A DNA stretch of 64,000 bases from Chloroflexota bacterium. Its GTDB lineage: Bacteria > Chloroflexota > Dehalococcoidia > SZUA-161 > SpSt-899. Shown piece by piece: positions 18,740 through 28,694 of the stretch (positions are counted from its first letter, which is position 1; each line of letters opens with the position of its first letter). A program made the translations under genes and the position numbers. The notes beneath the pieces are model-generated. The model saw only the letters and a program-made list of their open reading frames with translations, was not told where the DNA came from and searched no databases. The stretch covers positions 18,073 through 82,072 of the forward strand of contig JABMQN010000003.1 of the NCBI GenBank assembly GCA_013203045.1, written 5' to 3'.

Positions 18740-19957
18740 TTGACTAAAGGAGCTCTCGAAGGCGTCAAGATTATAGAGATGGGGCATTTCCTACTCGTGC
18801 CCACTGCCACGGCGATGCTAGCTGACTGGGGGGCAGAAGTAATCAAAATTGAAAACTTCAAGATGGGTGGGGACGCTGTCCGATTTCCCGTCCCGATCGA
18901 GGGTGTTATGCCACCCCAGGAACTCAAGATCAGCATGTGGTTCCATTATTTCAACCGCAACAAAAAGAGCGTCGGAATTGATCTCAAAACAGAGAAAGGC
19001 AAAGAAATCCTTTTCAAACTTATCGAAACTGCGGATGTGTTTACCACCAACTTTGATGCTGGCGCAATTGAAAAACAGGGCCTTGATTATGAGACCTTAA
19101 AGAAGATCAATCCCAAACTGATCTATTGCCAGGCAACAGGCTATGGAACAAAGGGGCCTGACAAATACAAGCCCGGTTTCGACTATGCGGCATGGTGGGC
19201 CAGGAGCGGGATGATGGACCGGATTTCCACCGATGAAGACCCACGTCCGCAACGGGCAGGCTTAGGAGACAACCAGGTAGCTCCATGTATAGCCGGAGCC
19301 GTCTCGGCTGCACTGTATGCCCGAGAGAAAACAGGGATCGGGCAGAAGGTTGAAGTGAACCTCTTCCATTTCGCGGTCTTCGGGGCTGCTTTTGATATTG
19401 GAGCTGCTCTCAATATGGGTGTCAACATTCCAAAAACTGACAGAACCAGAGTCTCTAATTTTATGTGGAATGTCTATAAGACAAAGGATGATAAGTGGAT
19501 CATGTTCGTCATGCCTCAGACCGATCTTTTCTGGGATCGATTCTGCAAAGCTATTGGCAACCCTGAGTGGGAGCATGACGAAAGGTTCAATTCTCATATG
19601 AAACGCGTGGAACAGAATATGTTCCTGATCCCTGAAATGGACAAAATCGCTGCTACCAAGACGGCTGATGAATGGGACCAAGTTGCGAAAGATTTCGACA
19701 TCGTTCTCGGCAGGGTTCAGACTCCGTTGGATGTGGCAAATGATCAACAGGCATATGAAAATGGCTTTTTCGAAGAGGTGGAGGTAGATGGATATAAATT
19801 CAAAATGATCCATTCGCCCGTCACCTTCAGTGAAACTCCGGGCACTATCAGGACCCTCGCTCCGGAATTGGGACAAGACACAGAGACGGTCCTCATGGAT
19901 TATGGATATAGCTGGGATGATTTGTCAGCCCTGAAAGAACAGGGCGTGATCATTTAA
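18740..19957 (+). CDS. CoA-transferase family III (CaiB/BaiF-like)
   Basis: KIIEMGHFLLVPTATAMLADWGAEVIKIE. TTG start with AAAGGAGG RBS. Paralog of 8838..10055. Confidence 0.85.
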   Translation: MTKGALEGVKIIEMGHFLLVPTATAMLADWGAEVIKIENFKMGGDAVRFPVPIEGVMPPQELKISMWFHYFNRNKKSVGIDLKTEKGKEILFKLIETADVFTTNFDAGAIEKQGLDYETLKKINPKLIYCQATGYGTKGPDKYKPGFDYAAWWARSGMMDRISTDEDPRPQRAGLGDNQVAPCIAGAVSAALYAREKTGIGQKVEVNLFHFAVFGAAFDIGAALNMGVNIPKTDRTRVSNFMWNVYKTKDDKWIMFVMPQTDLFWDRFCKAIGNPEWEHDERFNSHMKRVEQNMFLIPEMDKIAATKTADEWDQVAKDFDIVLGRVQTPLDVANDQQAYENGFFEEVEVDGYKFKMIHSPVTFSETPGTIRTLAPELGQDTETVLMDYGYSWDDLSALKEQGVII

Positions 19958-20024
19958 AGAGTAGGGATTCAACATGTTGAACCCCTACAGGATTTTAAAA
20001 ATCGAAAAGGGAGGTGAAATCGCA

Positions 20025-20858
20025 ATGAAAGCTGGGTTTATTGGCATGGGAGATATCGGATTGCCCATGGCAAAGAACGTGGTAAAGAAAGGGTTCGAGA
20101 CGTATGTCACAGGTCATGTAAGACGACAGCCAATCGAAGAGATGGTGGCTCTGGGAGCTAAAGAGTGTGCCACTGCTAAAGAAGTTGGCGAAAATGTAGA
20201 TGCTGTGCTCATTATGGTCCAGAACGATAAACAGGCTGATGAAGTGATCTTCGGGCACAATGGACTCATGGAAGGGCTTAAAAATGATTCGGGTATCATC
20301 CTCATGGGCACGTTTGCTCCATCGTTTTGCCGGAAAGTAGCAGACGCGGGAAAACCTAAGAGCATCGATGTTCTGGATGCTCCGGTGGTAGGTGCTCGCA
20401 TGGGAGCCGAGGCCGGTACTCTCGGTATCAGTGTGGGTGGTGACAAAGATGCGGTTGAAAAATATCGAGCCCTGATTGAGACGATGGGGACTATAACCTA
20501 TTGCGGCGAATTAGGTATGGGCCAAATCGTCAAACTGGCCAATAACATTTGCGCAACGATCAATTCCTGGGTGCTTGCCGAAGCCATCAATTGGGGGATC
20601 CGGAATGGAGCTTCCGAAGAAATGCTGGTTAAACACATCCAGGGTGGTTCTGGTGGCAGTTTTATTGCAACAAACTATCAGTGGATCAAGACCATGTGGA
20701 CTGATCCGCCGCCGCCGACGTACTACGTCGGAGCAAAGGACATGAGCCATGTTCTGGATATTGGATTGGATCTTAGGCAACCCTGCCCATTCACAGCGCT
20801 TGCTTGCGAACTTCTAAAAGGACCGCCTCCCAAGATATTCGAAAGCGCTGACGGCTAG
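20025..20858 (+). CDS. NAD(P)-binding 3-hydroxyisobutyrate/6-phosphogluconate dehydrogenase-family oxidoreductase
   Basis: GFIGMGDIGLPMAKN Rossmann motif. ATG 20025 with AAAGGGAGG RBS. Confidence 0.75.
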   Translation: MKAGFIGMGDIGLPMAKNVVKKGFETYVTGHVRRQPIEEMVALGAKECATAKEVGENVDAVLIMVQNDKQADEVIFGHNGLMEGLKNDSGIILMGTFAPSFCRKVADAGKPKSIDVLDAPVVGARMGAEAGTLGISVGGDKDAVEKYRALIETMGTITYCGELGMGQIVKLANNICATINSWVLAEAINWGIRNGASEEMLVKHIQGGSGGSFIATNYQWIKTMWTDPPPPTYYVGAKDMSHVLDIGLDLRQPCPFTALACELLKGPPPKIFESADG

Positions 20859-21027
20859 GTTAAACATACTGGTTTCAGAATCAGTGATTAACTGATACCT
20901 TTCCCTGAAGTGATATAACCTTCAACCCTCCCAAAATGGGAGGGTTGTCGTGTGAACGGGAGTATTAAGCAATCCTCAAAAATGGGACTATTGCTTGAGT
21001 AGAATCTAGAATAAGGAGATTAGAAAA

Positions 21028-22188
21028 ATGGATTTCGAGTTCACCGAAGAACAAGCGATGCTGCAAAAAAATGTGCGGGCTTTCCTGGAAAAGGAAATCG
21101 CACCACTCGTGAATGAATATGAACAGAAATATACCCCATTCCCGAGGGAAATACTCGTTGATCTAATTAAGAAACTGTTGCCGTGGGACTACTGTCTTGG
21201 CATCATGAAGAAAGAGGATGGTGGCACGGAAATACCTTATATCACGAACGGATTACTCCAGGAAGAGCTTTCACGTGTTTGGCCCAGCCTGGCCGTGTCA
21301 CTGGGTTCTGGTGGTGGTTATCTGGTTGCAAAGCTGGCAACCGAGGAGCAAAAGAAAAAGTATTTACCGGGATTACAGTCTCTTGATTTGATGGGTGCTT
21401 TTGCTTTAACCGAGCCCAATGTCGGATCCGACCTGCGTGGTGTTGAGACCACTGCTGTGTTGCAGGGCGATCACTATGTGGTGAATGGTCAGAAGGCATG
21501 GGTTACCGGTGGTAACTTTGCTGATATTACGATTCTCTTTGCTTCCGAAGATAGGAGCCAGGGAATGGATGGGTTGGCCATTTTCCTCGTTGATCGGAGA
21601 GAATCCCCATTTGAGGCTACCACTATTCCAAAGATAGGCCTGCGTTGTGCCCCTTCTGCGATAATGACCTTCACCGATTGCAAGGTTCCGAAAGAGAATC
21701 TCATAGCCGGTGCTGGAACGGGAGCTATGAATAAACTGACGGGTGAGTTGGGATTTACCCGGGCTACTGTTGGAATGTTCTCCATCGGAATTGCCCAGGC
21801 TGCTATTGAAGCAGCAATCAGGTATGCTCAGCAGAGAGTGCAATTTGGCAGGAAGATCGGGAAATTCCAGATGATTCAAGGTCTTATCGCTGAGTCAGTA
21901 GTCGAAACCGAGGCTGCCAGGTTACTTTGCTACAAAGCATATTCACTTCTGGATGCGGGCAAGGAAGCTATCATCCCAGCTTGCGGCGGTAAATATCTTG
22001 CTAATGAAGTGGCTCTCAAAGTAACATCAAATGCTATGAAGGTTCATGGTGCCTGGGGCCTTGCCGAAGAATACCCTGTAGAACGATATTTCAGAGATGC
22101 CAGAGCTATGTTCCCTCCGGAGGGCAACCCCGAGATTCAGAAGCTTATCGTTGGTGGAAGAGTCCTCGGTATGAGCGCGCTCGTTTAA
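21028..22188 (+). CDS. acyl-CoA dehydrogenase
   Basis: 386 aa with ACAD N-terminal, middle and C-terminal domain signatures (LTEPNVGSDL, ...QFGRKIGKFQ..., catalytic Glu near C-term). Confidence 0.9.
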   Translation: MDFEFTEEQAMLQKNVRAFLEKEIAPLVNEYEQKYTPFPREILVDLIKKLLPWDYCLGIMKKEDGGTEIPYITNGLLQEELSRVWPSLAVSLGSGGGYLVAKLATEEQKKKYLPGLQSLDLMGAFALTEPNVGSDLRGVETTAVLQGDHYVVNGQKAWVTGGNFADITILFASEDRSQGMDGLAIFLVDRRESPFEATTIPKIGLRCAPSAIMTFTDCKVPKENLIAGAGTGAMNKLTGELGFTRATVGMFSIGIAQAAIEAAIRYAQQRVQFGRKIGKFQMIQGLIAESVVETEAARLLCYKAYSLLDAGKEAIIPACGGKYLANEVALKVTSNAMKVHGAWGLAEEYPVERYFRDARAMFPPEGNPEIQKLIVGGRVLGMSALV

Positions 22189-22222
22189 GCTTGAACGGAA
22201 TATCATAATTAACAAAACAGAT

Positions 22223-22258
22223 ACCGCCTCCATATCAATATGGGGGCGGTTTTCTTTT
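22223..22258 (+). terminator. Rho-independent terminator ACCGCCTCCATA-TCAA-TATGGGGGCGGT + TTTCTTTT
   Basis: GC-rich hairpin followed by a T-run directly after the acyl-CoA dehydrogenase stop. Confidence 0.7.
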
Positions 22259-22272
22259 ACCCCGGTATAGAT

Positions 22273-22301
22273 TTGAAAATAGTTGCATAATCAGGTATGC
22301 T
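22273..22301 (+). promoter_or_regulatory. sigma70-like promoter TTGAAA-17-TATGCT for the eRF1-like gene
   Basis: Hexamers read directly. Gene is bracketed by an upstream terminator and a downstream promoter, so it is monocistronic. Confidence 0.45.
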
Positions 22302-22375
22302 CTCCAAAAACCTTTGCGACCGGTGATCTCAAATACAATGGGCGCATTATTTGGAATTGGGGAAAAGGAGTTTTA

Positions 22376-23488
22376 ATGCTTGCGGACATCGATTTAACCC
22401 AACTGTCGGAAATATCTACCAAGGATAAATCATGCCTAAGTCTGTACATATCAAGTCCAAATTCTTTATACAATTTGGATCGAGGTTTTGAACAGGTACG
22501 ACGTGTTCTTAAGATCAATGATACCGAGAAAGACGAAAGAGAGCTTTTCGAAGAAAATGTGAACGTAATTAAGAAACACCTGGAAAAGAATCCGATGGAA
22601 TCTGGTTCACTATGTATATTTTCGTGTTGGGGACTCGATTTCTTTGAAGTGTATCGATTGCCAGTACCTGTTAAAGACATTATTTGGTTTGATTCATCAC
22701 CCTATATTCGTCCACTTGCGGAATTAAAGGAAGAATATGAAAACGTGGCGGTGGTAATTGCAGATAATAAAAAAGCACGTATTTTTCTGATATCATCGGC
22801 TATTGCCGGTAACGAATCTACCATCGAAGGGAATATCAAAAATCATGTCAAGAAGGGAGGCTGGTCTCAACAAAGGTATGAACGTAGGCGGGATAAGCAA
22901 TTGCTATTGTATTCGCGTGAAATTGTTGATGCGCTTACGGAACTTGAGAAAACCGAAGAGTTTCGACGTATTTTGTTGGTAGGTGGGAAAGAAGTGCTGC
23001 AAATCCTTTTCAATAATTTACCCCAAAACTTGCAGGAAAAAGTCGGACAAAAAGCGATTGATTTGCGCAAAGGTGAAGATACTATCAACAAAGAGATAAT
23101 GGGATTGTTTTTCGAGCAGGAACGTCAATCGGAACTGGACCTTTGGGAAAAAATTCGTGCAGAATATCTCAGGGATGGGTTGGGCATTGTTGGCGTTACA
23201 AATGTTTTGTATGCTTTAAAATCCGGTCAGGTTGAAGAAATTATAATTAATCGAGACTACAAAATAACAGGGAAACGATGTCGTGTTTGTGAAAATCTGG
23301 AATCAGGCGATGTTGATATATGTTCCAAATGTGGTTCAGACTCGCTTTTTGCAGTTGATTTGGTCAATGAGATAGTGGAGTTGGCAAATCAATCAAGTGC
23401 TACAGTAGATTTTTGTGATCGTATTGATACCTTAAAAGAAGCTGGTGAAATAGCTGCTTTTCTTAGATATAAAGCTAATATTGGATAG
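22376..23488 (+). CDS. bacterial eRF1/Pelota-like protein (baeRF-type): three-domain eRF1 fold with GGW-SQQRYERRR in the GGQ-loop position and a Cys4 zinc ribbon inserted in domain 3
   Basis: Central domain VAVVIADNKKARIFLIS...KKGGWSQQRYERRRDKQ...ILLVGGKEV parallels eRF1 domain 2 (KKHGRGGQSALRFARLR). C-terminal GIVGVTNVLYALKSGQVEEIII...CRVCENLESGDVDICSKCG...EIAAFLRY parallels eRF1/Pelota domain 3. ATG 22376 with AAGGAG RBS. Confidence 0.7.
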   Translation: MLADIDLTQLSEISTKDKSCLSLYISSPNSLYNLDRGFEQVRRVLKINDTEKDERELFEENVNVIKKHLEKNPMESGSLCIFSCWGLDFFEVYRLPVPVKDIIWFDSSPYIRPLAELKEEYENVAVVIADNKKARIFLISSAIAGNESTIEGNIKNHVKKGGWSQQRYERRRDKQLLLYSREIVDALTELEKTEEFRRILLVGGKEVLQILFNNLPQNLQEKVGQKAIDLRKGEDTINKEIMGLFFEQERQSELDLWEKIRAEYLRDGLGIVGVTNVLYALKSGQVEEIIINRDYKITGKRCRVCENLESGDVDICSKCGSDSLFAVDLVNEIVELANQSSATVDFCDRIDTLKEAGEIAAFLRYKANIG

Positions 23489-23640
23489 ACCCAAAACTGT
23501 CTACATTAAATTCAAGTATTTGCACTTTCTATTAGCATTATTGTTGGTTCCGAATGTATCAATTGCTATGTATAAAGTGGCTGATAAATAAAATAAAAGC
23601 AAATATTATGAACATAATGTATGAAACGTACCGTAATAAC

Positions 23641-23669
23641 TTGACACTCGCTTCAGGTAATGCTAGAAT
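23641..23669 (+). promoter_or_regulatory. strong sigma70 promoter TTGACA-17-TAGAAT (extended -10 TGCTAGAAT) driving the molybdopterin-oxidoreductase operon
   Basis: Consensus -35 and near-consensus -10 with exact 17-nt spacer, read directly. Confidence 0.65.
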
Positions 23670-23714
23670 TTCGCACAAAACAGTAAGGTAACCATTTGAA
23701 TGGGAGGTCTTGGG

Positions 23715-25934
23715 ATGGGTTCTTATGAAATCAAAAAAACCGCCTGCCAGTTCTGCGCTGCACTCTGCGGAGTTCTGGTTCATGTTGAAGACGGCAAGGT
23801 TGTCAAGATCGAAGGAAACAAGGATCACTTTTTGAGCCACGGTTTTACCTGCGAGCGGCCCGGCATCGCTCCCAAATGGCTGTATCATCCGGATCAGATC
23901 ATGTATCCCCTCAAGCGCATGGGCAAACGCGGTGAAGGCAAATGGCAACAGATTAGTTGGGATGATGCCATGACTGAGATCGGGCCAAAACTTCTCGAAC
24001 TCAAAGATAAATATGGGCCGGAAATGCTGGGATTCTTTGAGGGAACCTATCGAGGTAACGACTACTGGCCACGGGGCCGCTTTGCTACCCTTTTTGGCAA
24101 TCCGCACAACATTTTCGCTCCCGGAATAATCTGCGGCATAAATGATATGGGTATCAACATGGCGGTCACTGGGGACGTAACTACCTGGTCCACTGACCTA
24201 TCTAACTCAGGCTGCGCTGTCTTCTGGGGTAGCAATCCAGCCCAATCGGAGATGAGAAGCTGGACCCACCTTCTCCGAATGAAGAAGGAGAGGGATATCA
24301 AGATAATAGCGATAGATCCCCGGCGGACTAAAACCACCGATATCGCCGATATCTGGCTCCAGTTGCGGCCTGGCACCGATACTGCACTGGCCATGGCCTG
24401 GCTCAACGTCATTATCAATGAAGAACTCTATAATAAAGATTTCGTCCAGAATTGGACCGTAGGGTTCGATAAGCTCAAAGAACGGGTTCAAGAATATCCG
24501 CCAGAGAAAGTAGCTGAAATAACCGGTGTTCCCGCAGAGAAGATTGTCGAAGCTGCACGGACGTATGCCACCCACGGTCCATCAGCCATGCCATATGGTG
24601 TAGCCATCGATCAGTTAGGTTTGAATGGCACCCGTACAGAACACGCAAAAGTAATTATGCGCGCCATTTGCGGCTACCTGGGGGAATTTGGGGGACATCT
24701 CATAACCCGGCCGGGATCGACCAATAACGGCGGAAAATTCATTACTGAAGCTGAGCTTTCCATGATGGAGCGTCTCCCCATGGAAGCGCGTGAAAAAATG
24801 ATGGGTTTCGATGTTTGTCGGTTGGTTTCACTCAAGGGCTGGAGTATGATGGCCCCGCATATCGAACGGGTATACGGTGTTCCTGCACCGGTGACGGTAC
24901 AGATACAGGCTCATACCACCATGCTCTGGCGTTCCATCCTCTCTGGTGAACCCTACCCGATCAAGTCACTCATCTGCTGGGGCTCAAATCCGATGGCCTG
25001 GGGTGGAAACACCAAGTTGGTATACGAGGCGCTCAAGAGCGACAACCTTGATCTTTCTGTAGTTCAAGAACTGGTCATGACACCCACGGCTCAACTGGCA
25101 GATTATGTTTTCCCAGCTACCAGCTGGATGGAACGGGACCTGTGCACCAACATGATGGATTTTGCCAGTTTGCTATGGGCTGGTGAGAAGGCCATCGAGC
25201 CTCTGGGAGAGCGCCGGGACATCTATGAGTTCTTCCGCGCGTTAGCTTTGAGTGTGGGACAGGATGAATACTGGCCATGGAAAACCACAGAAGAAGTGAG
25301 CGATTATCGATTGCAGTTGTGCGGACTGACCTTCCGGGATTGTGTGGATCGAATGATAGTCTTTCCGGATACATTCGATGTAAAACCATATGAAAAGACT
25401 GGATTCCCCACACCTTCAGGTAAGGTTGAGCTTTATTCCACCATCCTCGAAAAACTGGACTATGATCCCATGCCTTTCTACGAGGAACCCCCTGAGAGTC
25501 CACTCAGGCTCCCCGAAGTGGCTAAAGAGTATCCGCTTATTTTAAATACTGGCGGCAATTATCGACCCATGTATCACTCCGAGTTCATGCAGTGGGGAAT
25601 CGGTTCCCGTGAGAAGCATCCTGACCCTCTGATGGATATTCATCCCGATACAGCTCGGGATCTGGGAATAAATGATGGCGATTGGGCCTACATCGAAACT
25701 CGCCGTGGCAAGATTAAACAGAAGGCCAGATATAACGATGGAATCTTGCCCAATGTAGTAAATTGCCAGGCGAGCTGGTGGTTCCCTGAAAAGCCGGCCA
25801 ACGAACCGGAACTCAGTGGTGTATGGGAGTCCAATGCTAATGTGCTCACCCTCGACGATCCCGAGTTCTGCGACGAACTGTCTGGTGGTTGGTGCAACCG
25901 TGCTCTCCTTTGCAAGGTTTACAAGGCAAACTAG
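23715..25934 (+). CDS. molybdopterin/tungstopterin oxidoreductase, MopB superfamily, cytoplasmic (acetylene-hydratase/formate-dehydrogenase-like), copy 1
   Basis: N-terminal 4Fe-4S motif CQFCAALCGV...C, ...YPLKRMGKRGEGKWQQISWDDAMTEI..., and C-terminal molydop-binding beta-barrel (WAYIETRRGKI). No twin-arginine signal. ATG 23715 with GGGAGG RBS. Confidence 0.85.
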   Translation: MGSYEIKKTACQFCAALCGVLVHVEDGKVVKIEGNKDHFLSHGFTCERPGIAPKWLYHPDQIMYPLKRMGKRGEGKWQQISWDDAMTEIGPKLLELKDKYGPEMLGFFEGTYRGNDYWPRGRFATLFGNPHNIFAPGIICGINDMGINMAVTGDVTTWSTDLSNSGCAVFWGSNPAQSEMRSWTHLLRMKKERDIKIIAIDPRRTKTTDIADIWLQLRPGTDTALAMAWLNVIINEELYNKDFVQNWTVGFDKLKERVQEYPPEKVAEITGVPAEKIVEAARTYATHGPSAMPYGVAIDQLGLNGTRTEHAKVIMRAICGYLGEFGGHLITRPGSTNNGGKFITEAELSMMERLPMEAREKMMGFDVCRLVSLKGWSMMAPHIERVYGVPAPVTVQIQAHTTMLWRSILSGEPYPIKSLICWGSNPMAWGGNTKLVYEALKSDNLDLSVVQELVMTPTAQLADYVFPATSWMERDLCTNMMDFASLLWAGEKAIEPLGERRDIYEFFRALALSVGQDEYWPWKTTEEVSDYRLQLCGLTFRDCVDRMIVFPDTFDVKPYEKTGFPTPSGKVELYSTILEKLDYDPMPFYEEPPESPLRLPEVAKEYPLILNTGGNYRPMYHSEFMQWGIGSREKHPDPLMDIHPDTARDLGINDGDWAYIETRRGKIKQKARYNDGILPNVVNCQASWWFPEKPANEPELSGVWESNANVLTLDDPEFCDELSGGWCNRALLCKVYKAN

Positions 25935-26007
25935 CATTAAATTGATACGTCATCGCGAGAACAAGATATCGCCGGTGGTAGTATGCGCGAGAGCAAAAAC
26001 CCTTTTG

Positions 26008-26088
26008 TGTCATTCCCGTCCTTCCGATGCCGGAAAGAGGAATCTAGATGGGTGGGGATGTAGATTCCGGGTCAAGCCCGGAATGACA
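26008..26088. repeat. MITE-like element with TGTCATTCC / GGAATGACA termini and internal TCTAGATTCC hairpin
   Basis: Read directly. Terminus family shared with 7471 and 8482. Confidence 0.65.
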
Positions 26089-26100
26089 CGGTATTAAGTC

Positions 26101-28023
26101 ATGACAGATTTCTCAGCACTTTTCCAGCCTGGCAACATCGGCTCATTGCGACTCGAAAACCGAATCGTAATGCCTGCCATGGCCTCGCAACTCCCCGAAC
26201 CGGATGGCAGGCTATCGGAGAGACTGCTCGATTACTATCGAGCTCGTGCTGAAGGTGGCGTGGGCCTCATCATTCCTGCATATGCCGGTGTTAGTGCTGA
26301 CGCTCCCCTTATGTTCAACATGGCTCTGAGTGATGATAGCTGGGTTGAGGATTGGTCCCGGCTGATCGATGTAATCCATAGTTATGGTGTGAAAGTTGGC
26401 GTTCAACTTATGCACGTGGGTATGCTGTATCTGTTCGCCGGGTTTGTCCCTCAAGGTATCACCATGAAAGTGCCATCGGAAATGCCCTGGCTTAGTGATG
26501 ATATTCCTTATCAGGTACTCAATCATGAGGATATCGAACGCTATATCGATGATTTCGGCCAAACGTCACGCCGGGCTAAGGAGGCCGGAGCGGACCTGAT
26601 TGAAATCCATTCCTGCCACGGTTCTCTGGCGGGAATGTTTATGTCGCCGATCACCAACCGTCGAACGGATGATTATGGGGGTTCTGCCGAAAATCGGGTC
26701 CGTTTTCCTCGTAGGATTGTTGAGCGTATTAGAAAGGAAGTGGGATCGTATTTGCCCATTTTAATTCGAATTAATGGCAGCGATGACCTCGATGGTGGCA
26801 TCACAATAGAGGAAGCTGCACAGCATGCAGTTATGCTCGAATCCGCTGGTGCAGATGCTATCAGCGTTTCCCGAGGGATTGAGTTCTGGGCAACGACAAC
26901 TATTCCCTCTTATTTGTATCCAAATGGTTCGATGTTGTCATTAGTAGATGGAATCAAGAAAGCGGTATTAGTGCCGGTGATGGCGGCTGGAAAGATCACA
27001 CCGGAGCTGGCACAAGAGGTCGTCGCGGATGGGAGAGCTGACTTTGTAGCTCTGGGTCGACCCTTACTTGCTGATCCCGAACTCCCGAACAAATTACGCC
27101 AAGGGCGAGCCGATGAAATCCGGCGCTGTATCTACTGCATGAATTGCTTAAGTTTTGAAGCTGCTATGGGGGGCGGTTCATGTTCGGTTAATCCTTACCT
27201 GAATTTGGAATCCCAATATCCACCGAAGGCTGCTAGTCCAGTTAAAGAAGTGATGATCGTTGGTGGTGGATTGGCTGGTTTACAAACTGCTTTGATATTG
27301 GTTGAACGAGGGCATCACGTCACCATTTATGAAAAGGACGCTGAACTTGGGGGACAATGGAATATTGCTAGAGCGGTAAACGATAAGGAGGATTTCGTCA
27401 ATCTTCTACATTTTTTAAAGCAGTCTTTGGATAAATACGAAGTGGAAATATATATGGGTGTTGAGGTCACCAAAGCAAAAGTGATTGAAGCCAAACCTGA
27501 TGCTGTAGTGATTGCTACGGGAGCAGTACCGGCCGTGCTCGATGTTCCCGGTTTTCAAAGAAAAAATGTGGTTCAGGCACTGGATGTAATCAGTGGGAAG
27601 ATTAAGCCTGAGGGCAGGATAGTAGTGTTCGGGGGACGGTATACTGCGCTGGAGACTGCTCTTATGTTAGCGGAACAAAGTAAAGATGTGAGCGTGGTTA
27701 CTCGTGCTGCTTTCGGATTAACGCTAGAGAGAGTGACTTTCCGGACATTGTTGAAGAGACTTATTGATCTCAGAGTTCCCATGTATCCGAACACGGCTGT
27801 TCTCGAAATCGTGGAGAAACATGTGGTCATGCGTTACAATGGGGAGGTTCTAGAATTGTCGGCCGACACGGTGGTGTTAGCAGTGGGAATGCGATCCGAA
27901 AACAGGCTGGCTCAAGAACTTGAAGGTATTGTACCGGAAGTCTATGCCGTTGGTGACTGCGTAAAGCCTCGGAACGCAGCTTCGGTGGCTTATCAGGCAG
28001 CACAAGTGGCTGCTAAGATTTAG
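26101..28023 (+). CDS. OYE-family NADH:flavin oxidoreductase fused to FAD/NAD(P)-binding domain (2,4-dienoyl-CoA reductase/enoate reductase-like)
   Basis: N-terminal TIM-barrel OYE domain (RIVMPAMA..., HSCHGSL), Cys cluster CIYCMNCL, then GxGxxG dinucleotide-binding domains (MIVGGGLAGL). Confidence 0.85.
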   Translation: MTDFSALFQPGNIGSLRLENRIVMPAMASQLPEPDGRLSERLLDYYRARAEGGVGLIIPAYAGVSADAPLMFNMALSDDSWVEDWSRLIDVIHSYGVKVGVQLMHVGMLYLFAGFVPQGITMKVPSEMPWLSDDIPYQVLNHEDIERYIDDFGQTSRRAKEAGADLIEIHSCHGSLAGMFMSPITNRRTDDYGGSAENRVRFPRRIVERIRKEVGSYLPILIRINGSDDLDGGITIEEAAQHAVMLESAGADAISVSRGIEFWATTTIPSYLYPNGSMLSLVDGIKKAVLVPVMAAGKITPELAQEVVADGRADFVALGRPLLADPELPNKLRQGRADEIRRCIYCMNCLSFEAAMGGGSCSVNPYLNLESQYPPKAASPVKEVMIVGGGLAGLQTALILVERGHHVTIYEKDAELGGQWNIARAVNDKEDFVNLLHFLKQSLDKYEVEIYMGVEVTKAKVIEAKPDAVVIATGAVPAVLDVPGFQRKNVVQALDVISGKIKPEGRIVVFGGRYTALETALMLAEQSKDVSVVTRAAFGLTLERVTFRTLLKRLIDLRVPMYPNTAVLEIVEKHVVMRYNGEVLELSADTVVLAVGMRSENRLAQELEGIVPEVYAVGDCVKPRNAASVAYQAAQVAAKI

Positions 28024-28030
28024 ACCGGTA

Positions 28031-28073
28031 TTGCATTATAGAGACGTCCCGTCGGGACGTCTCTATAATGCAA
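28031..28073. repeat. 43-nt perfect palindrome TTGCATTATAGAGACGTCCC-GTC-GGGACGTCTCTATAATGCAA (REP-like; copy of 6677-6709 core)
   Basis: 20-bp perfect stem read directly. Lies immediately after the stop of the 26101..28023 gene, so it may double as a terminator-like hairpin, but there is no T-run. Confidence 0.8.
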
Positions 28074-28108
28074 AATAATGTTAATCCCCCAAACCAAAAG
28101 GAGGATCG

Positions 28109-28678
28109 ATGCAACTTGCCTTCTACTTTGATCAAACCCGATGTACCGGCTGTTGGACGTGTGTGATCGCCTGCAAGGATTGGCATGATGTCCCGGCGGG
28201 GCCTGCTAGCTGGATAAGAATTTCAGAAATCCAGCGTGGCAAATACCCAGATCTGTTCATGGCCTTTATGGCTACTCCGTGCTACCATTGTGCCGATCCA
28301 TATTGCATACCGGCCTGTCCTCATGATGCCATAACCAAGAGGGCTGAGGATGGTATCGTGATAGTGGATCAGGAGGTTTGTGTGGGGAAAGATGAGTGTG
28401 GTATGTGTATTGATTCTTGTCCGTATGAGGCACCGCAGTTCGGTGATGAGCAGAACGCTAAAATGCAGAAGTGCAATTTCTGTATTGATCGATGGGAAGA
28501 GGGAAAACCTCCGATTTGTGTGGCTGCCTGCCCCACCCGAGCGCTCGATGCAGGTCCCATAGAAGAGATGGAAGCTAAATACGGAAAGGCACAGGAAGCT
28601 GAGGGTTTTCAGTATGATTCAACCCTGAAGCCATCGATAATTGTGAAGTCGAAACCGGTGATTTCATTAATTTACTAA
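28109..28678 (+). CDS. 4Fe-4S dicluster/DmsB-like iron-sulfur electron-transfer subunit
   Basis: Four Cys clusters (CTGCWTCVIACK, CYHCADPYCIPACP, CVGKDECGMCIDSCP, CNFCIDR...CVAACP). Confidence 0.85.
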   Translation: MQLAFYFDQTRCTGCWTCVIACKDWHDVPAGPASWIRISEIQRGKYPDLFMAFMATPCYHCADPYCIPACPHDAITKRAEDGIVIVDQEVCVGKDECGMCIDSCPYEAPQFGDEQNAKMQKCNFCIDRWEEGKPPICVAACPTRALDAGPIEEMEAKYGKAQEAEGFQYDSTLKPSIIVKSKPVISLIY

Positions 28679-28694
28679 TTGAGGAGGGAATACA

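Noticed and set aside
19262-19876. 204-aa minus-strand ORF inside the second CoA-transferase gene
   Set aside because: Antisense shadow ORF. The plus-strand product has a strong family III CoA-transferase signature.
23559-24107. 182-aa minus-strand ORF overlapping the promoter and 5' end of MopB copy 1
   Set aside because: It runs through the strong TTGACA-17-TAGAAT promoter and is antisense to the 4Fe-4S N-terminus of the MopB gene. No RBS.
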